The position numbers were made by a program, and so were the translations under genes. Below are positions 60,729 through 64,000 of a stretch of 64,000 nucleotides of DNA, in pieces. The notes under the pieces were generated by a model. The model was not told where the DNA came from. It searched no databases and saw only the letters and a list, made by a program, of their open reading frames with translations. The stretch is from Candidatus Freyarchaeum deiterrae (lineage in GTDB: Archaea > Asgardarchaeota > Jordiarchaeia > Jordiarchaeales > Jordiarchaeaceae): NCBI GenBank assembly GCA_037305845.1, contig CP147778.1, positions 448,001-512,000 on the forward strand, in the 5' to 3' direction. The stretch's first letter is position 1. Each line of letters opens with the position of its first letter.

Positions 60729-61883
60729 TTAGAAATCTATGGTTTTTCCCTCGTATGCGTATTGGAAGATTTTTCTGAGATCTTCTTCGCTTGGTCTTCG
60801 TGGGTTGAAAAACAAGTTTACATCTGTCTTGGCGAAATTCACTACCTTTTCAAAGTTTTGTTTCCAGTCCTTTTCAGATATTCCGAGTCCTTTTATGGTG
60901 AATGGAGCGTCCATTTTTTTTAATAATTCTTTGACCATTGAGGATAATTTCGCCGTGGGATCCTTTACGCCGGTAACGTTGAGACTCTCAAGGATTTCAG
61001 TATACACTTCTTTACATTCGGGTTTATTGTACTCAATGTTATAGGGCAACATTAAACCAACGGTGGAACCGTGTGAAAAATGAAAAACTCCTCCTAGCGC
61101 GTGTCCGCAAGCATGGCCGAGGCCATTGCCGGCAGTCCCATAAGCGATTCCTATCATTGACGCAGCGTAATGAATTTTTTTGCGAGCATTAGTGTCATTA
61201 GCACCCTCTTTGACGGCTATTGGTAAATATTTGAAGAGGATTTTAATTGCGTACAGATTGTAAGCTTGAAGAAAATCAGTAATCAGTTTGCTGGATGCAC
61301 TCTCAATTGCCTGAGCTAACGCATCAAGCCCAGATGAAAGAGTAAGTTCTCGTGGCATGTTTAATACTAAGGTGGGATCAAGAATCACAGCTGAAGGAAC
61401 CAATTCATATGAAACTAACGCGGTCTTCTGTCCTGTTTGTGAGTTCGTGAACACTAATCCTGGACTATTTTCGGAACCGGTTCCGCTAGTAGTTGGAACA
61501 AGAACCAATTTAGATTTTTCTTTTAAATTATATTCCTTGGTTAAATTTATGTCAGATAGTTTCAGAGATGGTTGTCCATAAAGGAAATAACACGCTTTAG
61601 CTATATCCATTGCTGAGCCGCCGCCGATTCCAATGATTAGCTCCGGTTTAAATTCGCGGGCGACATCGCCACCTTTTATCATAATGGTGTCTGTTGGATT
61701 GGGTTCGGCTTCATCAAAAATTTTAACTTCTCTCCCCTTGAAAAGGTCTAAGAGTTTGTCTCCAACCATTTGTCGAGTGGTTTTGCCGGTTACAATCAAA
61801 ATTCTATTTTCTTTGAAATTCTTTAATTGTTCTAATGATCTCTTACCATGGTAAATAACGGGTATTCTAATTGGTAATGACAT
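60729..61883 (-). CDS. Iron-containing (type III) alcohol dehydrogenase
   Basis: EPNP, GIGGGSAMD.AK, PTTSGTGSE, ILDP, GLDAL, HACGH...HG. Confidence 0.92.
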   Translation of the reverse strand: MSLPIRIPVIYHGKRSLEQLKNFKENRILIVTGKTTRQMVGDKLLDLFKGREVKIFDEAEPNPTDTIMIKGGDVAREFKPELIIGIGGGSAMDIAKACYFLYGQPSLKLSDINLTKEYNLKEKSKLVLVPTTSGTGSENSPGLVFTNSQTGQKTALVSYELVPSAVILDPTLVLNMPRELTLSSGLDALAQAIESASSKLITDFLQAYNLYAIKILFKYLPIAVKEGANDTNARKKIHYAASMIGIAYGTAGNGLGHACGHALGGVFHFSHGSTVGLMLPYNIEYNKPECKEVYTEILESLNVTGVKDPTAKLSSMVKELLKKMDAPFTIKGLGISEKDWKQNFEKVVNFAKTDVNLFFNPRRPSEEDLRKIFQYAYEGKTIDF

Positions 61884-62380
61884 GATTAGCCCTCCATACA
61901 ATGTGTACCATAAAAAGATTTTATTTTCGAAATAATTAATTCATTGTGAGTTTTTTATGGGTGGATAGTTATATAAATTTTTTACCACAAAGGGAGTGGT
62001 ATATTATGGTTAGATTCCATTCAAGTAGCCAGGGTTTTTGATTAAATTAGAATCGAATTAGGTAAGTTTATCGATATTAAACTAGGATACTGCGAGGAGT
62101 AAGTAGGTAAGGTTTTGAGACTTGTGAAAGAACAATATGAGTGAGGAATATATCTCCGCCTTCTTAGGGTAGGATAAAAAAATAGAAATGATAAAAAAAA
62201 AGCACCTGAGGGAGGCATCATTTCATACAATTTTTCACTCTAATTAGTTTGGGGATTAAGCCTCACTTCGACAGGATTGTGAATCTCTGCCTCCCAAGGG
62301 TTTCATATGAATTTGAAAATTAAATGATATGTATATTTGGTGCTCACTTTATTTTATGGTCTCGTAGTCTTCGTTATTAT

Positions 62381-63541
62381 TTAGAGTGGCGCTATTCTGA
62401 TTGTTTCGTTCATTCCTCTTCCGTTGGTCAATTTCACTGTTTTTCCGTCTTTATAGACGAATTCTCCTGTGAGTGTGATAGGCGCATCGTAGAAGTTTAC
62501 ATTCCAAGCGTAAATGCCTTGCATACGCAAGTTGTCAAGCTTCACCTTCTGAATGAATTGTGGATACAATGCAAGAGCTGCATTCATGTTTAATACTCCC
62601 TTATCGGTTTCCACTTTAACCTTGTACTGTGTAGGTATAAACCGATGGCATTCCTCTACAAACACCCAAGTATCAGGAACAACCTCAATCTCCTTCGCAC
62701 TCAGATAATCATCCTCAGATATCATGTAAACAGTTCCGGTTACATGGTGATTAGGACGACCATCACTCAAAACGGACTCCACTGGACAGAAGAATGTGTA
62801 CATCTGATCAAAATTCAAATAAATCCAGTCCACTTGCCGGATTGCAAAGAAGTCCAATTTGTTAAACCATACGTGCTCGAATAGACCCTTACCCTCGACC
62901 TCAAGTTCTTCTCCGTCGACAATTATTTTTCCCTGCACATCACTTAAATCTTCAAGTCCATCGACTTCGGTTCCTTCAGTTATGCGGCTAGTTGCGTTTC
63001 TCGCACCACCCCAAAAAAGCGGAGGCCCTCGAGGTTTAAAGGTTAATTCGCAGCCCAGTTTTTCATTCTTTGAAATCACTTTCTGTTCTTCCTTACTGCA
63101 GAAGACGGTTAAATCATCCATTTCTATTACTGCTCCCTCATCGTCCTCCCTGTACTTGAAGGCATCTTTTGATGACGGTGGAATAGCCATATCTATGGTA
63201 TCACTAGGCTTTTTTAAAACCTGTATGTCGTTATCCTTTTCTAGGGATAATGGGCCAGTAGCATAGTTAAAGGAATCAAACTGGCCTAGTAGTGTTCCTT
63301 CGGTAATAGAGAATTTTGCTAGACGTTCTTTTCCTTCGTGTGAAAAGTGCATTGTGAAGTACCAATCGTTAAATCGCAACGGTTGATCCTGATTTTTCAC
63401 TCTTAGGTCGTCTAATTCTACACCTTCGGCTCGCGAAACCTTTTCCTTTACAGAGACCCTACTGATTGTCTTTCCAGTAGCTTTGCTTACTTCTTTTCCG
63501 CTTGATTTAGATTTTTTGGCTCCCTTTTTTTCTAATTCCAT
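62381..63541 (-). CDS. Hypothetical protein, possibly AttH/CrtC/tocopherol-cyclase-like beta-barrel
   Basis: DWYF near the N-terminus, G.I.VDGE...VEG.G..EH.W, DWIY. Confidence 0.55.
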   Translation of the reverse strand: MELEKKGAKKSKSSGKEVSKATGKTISRVSVKEKVSRAEGVELDDLRVKNQDQPLRFNDWYFTMHFSHEGKERLAKFSITEGTLLGQFDSFNYATGPLSLEKDNDIQVLKKPSDTIDMAIPPSSKDAFKYREDDEGAVIEMDDLTVFCSKEEQKVISKNEKLGCELTFKPRGPPLFWGGARNATSRITEGTEVDGLEDLSDVQGKIIVDGEELEVEGKGLFEHVWFNKLDFFAIRQVDWIYLNFDQMYTFFCPVESVLSDGRPNHHVTGTVYMISEDDYLSAKEIEVVPDTWVFVEECHRFIPTQYKVKVETDKGVLNMNAALALYPQFIQKVKLDNLRMQGIYAWNVNFYDAPITLTGEFVYKDGKTVKLTNGRGMNETIRIAPL

Positions 63542-63707
63542 TTAGTATTCCTCCAACACTAACTAATAATATTATTATATAACATCTTTATAAATTTTTA
63601 TATAATAATTTCTATCAATTAAAAAAACGATTTATGCTTTTCAATTATAAAAAAGTTATGGAAACTGTAAAGCTAGAACTTTGCGGCTCTAAGCAAGTGT
63701 AGTGTTT

Positions 63708-64000
63708 TTAAGGGGATTTTTTTTCTCCTAACCAGGCATCCACTTTAGGCATCCATTCGCTTATTGATATTTTCTGTGGGCATTTCTCCTCGCATGTTTT
63801 GCATGCAATGCATATGTTCGCGCGTTCTTTTACTGGGAATAGCGTTCTATACCAGTAGCGAGACGGTTTCGGATCATCGTATATAAAGCTGTCATTATAT
63901 AATTCGAAGTTTCTTGGTATGTTCACTCCGTTGGGGCATGGCATACAGTAACTGCATTTCGTGCAGGGGATAGTGGTTCTTTTTTTGTATTCCTTCTGGA
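63708..64000 (-). CDS. C-terminal part of an aldo/keto reductase with 4Fe-4S domain (runs off the window end)
   Basis: IPCTKCSYCMPCP.GVNIP...CIACKTCEEKCPQ. Confidence 0.8.
   Translation of the reverse strand, partial: QKEYKKRTTIPCTKCSYCMPCPNGVNIPRNFELYNDSFIYDDPKPSRYWYRTLFPVKERANICIACKTCEEKCPQKISISEWMPKVDAWLGEKKSP

Noticed and set aside
62249-62297. Imperfect hairpin TTGGGGA...TCCCAA
   Set aside because: Short stems, no clear box motifs or promoter; may be chance or a terminator.

Overview
Archaeal chromosomal DNA: TATA/BRE promoters, GAGGTGA-type Shine-Dalgarno sites, topoisomerase VI A/B, Nre with a PIP box, and ThiN. Gene content suggests an Asgard-type archaeon (possibly Jordarchaeia/Freyarchaeia), but this is inference only. 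The window has about 45 intact CDSs, including a complete trpEGDCFBA operon, top6AB, a thiol-redox operon (disulfide reductase, glutaredoxin, ferredoxin:disulfide reductase, PfpI), an ADC/GlcD/GlcF-like catabolic operon, DNA-repair genes, an orphan adenine methyltransferase, a solo IS200/IS605 TnpB, two proteins built from near-identical DNA repeats, and several pseudogene fragments absent or only partly represented in the ORF track (HEPN, DenV-like glycosylase, PIN). The most striking signal is an unannotated stand-alone ncRNA at about 35301-35411. It has its own promoter and terminator, and its ends form a canonical bulge-helix-bulge (BHB) splicing motif around a circularly permuted box C/D RNA. 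Its 12-nt guide is complementary to the 23S rRNA peptidyl-transferase-centre sequence. Second is a 310-aa membrane protein that matches human CLN6 motif by motif. Unusual fusions: methyltransferase/ATP-grasp, ThiN/AIR-synthase-like, and degenerate P-loop/PEPCK. All family calls come from motif recognition by eye; no searches were run.
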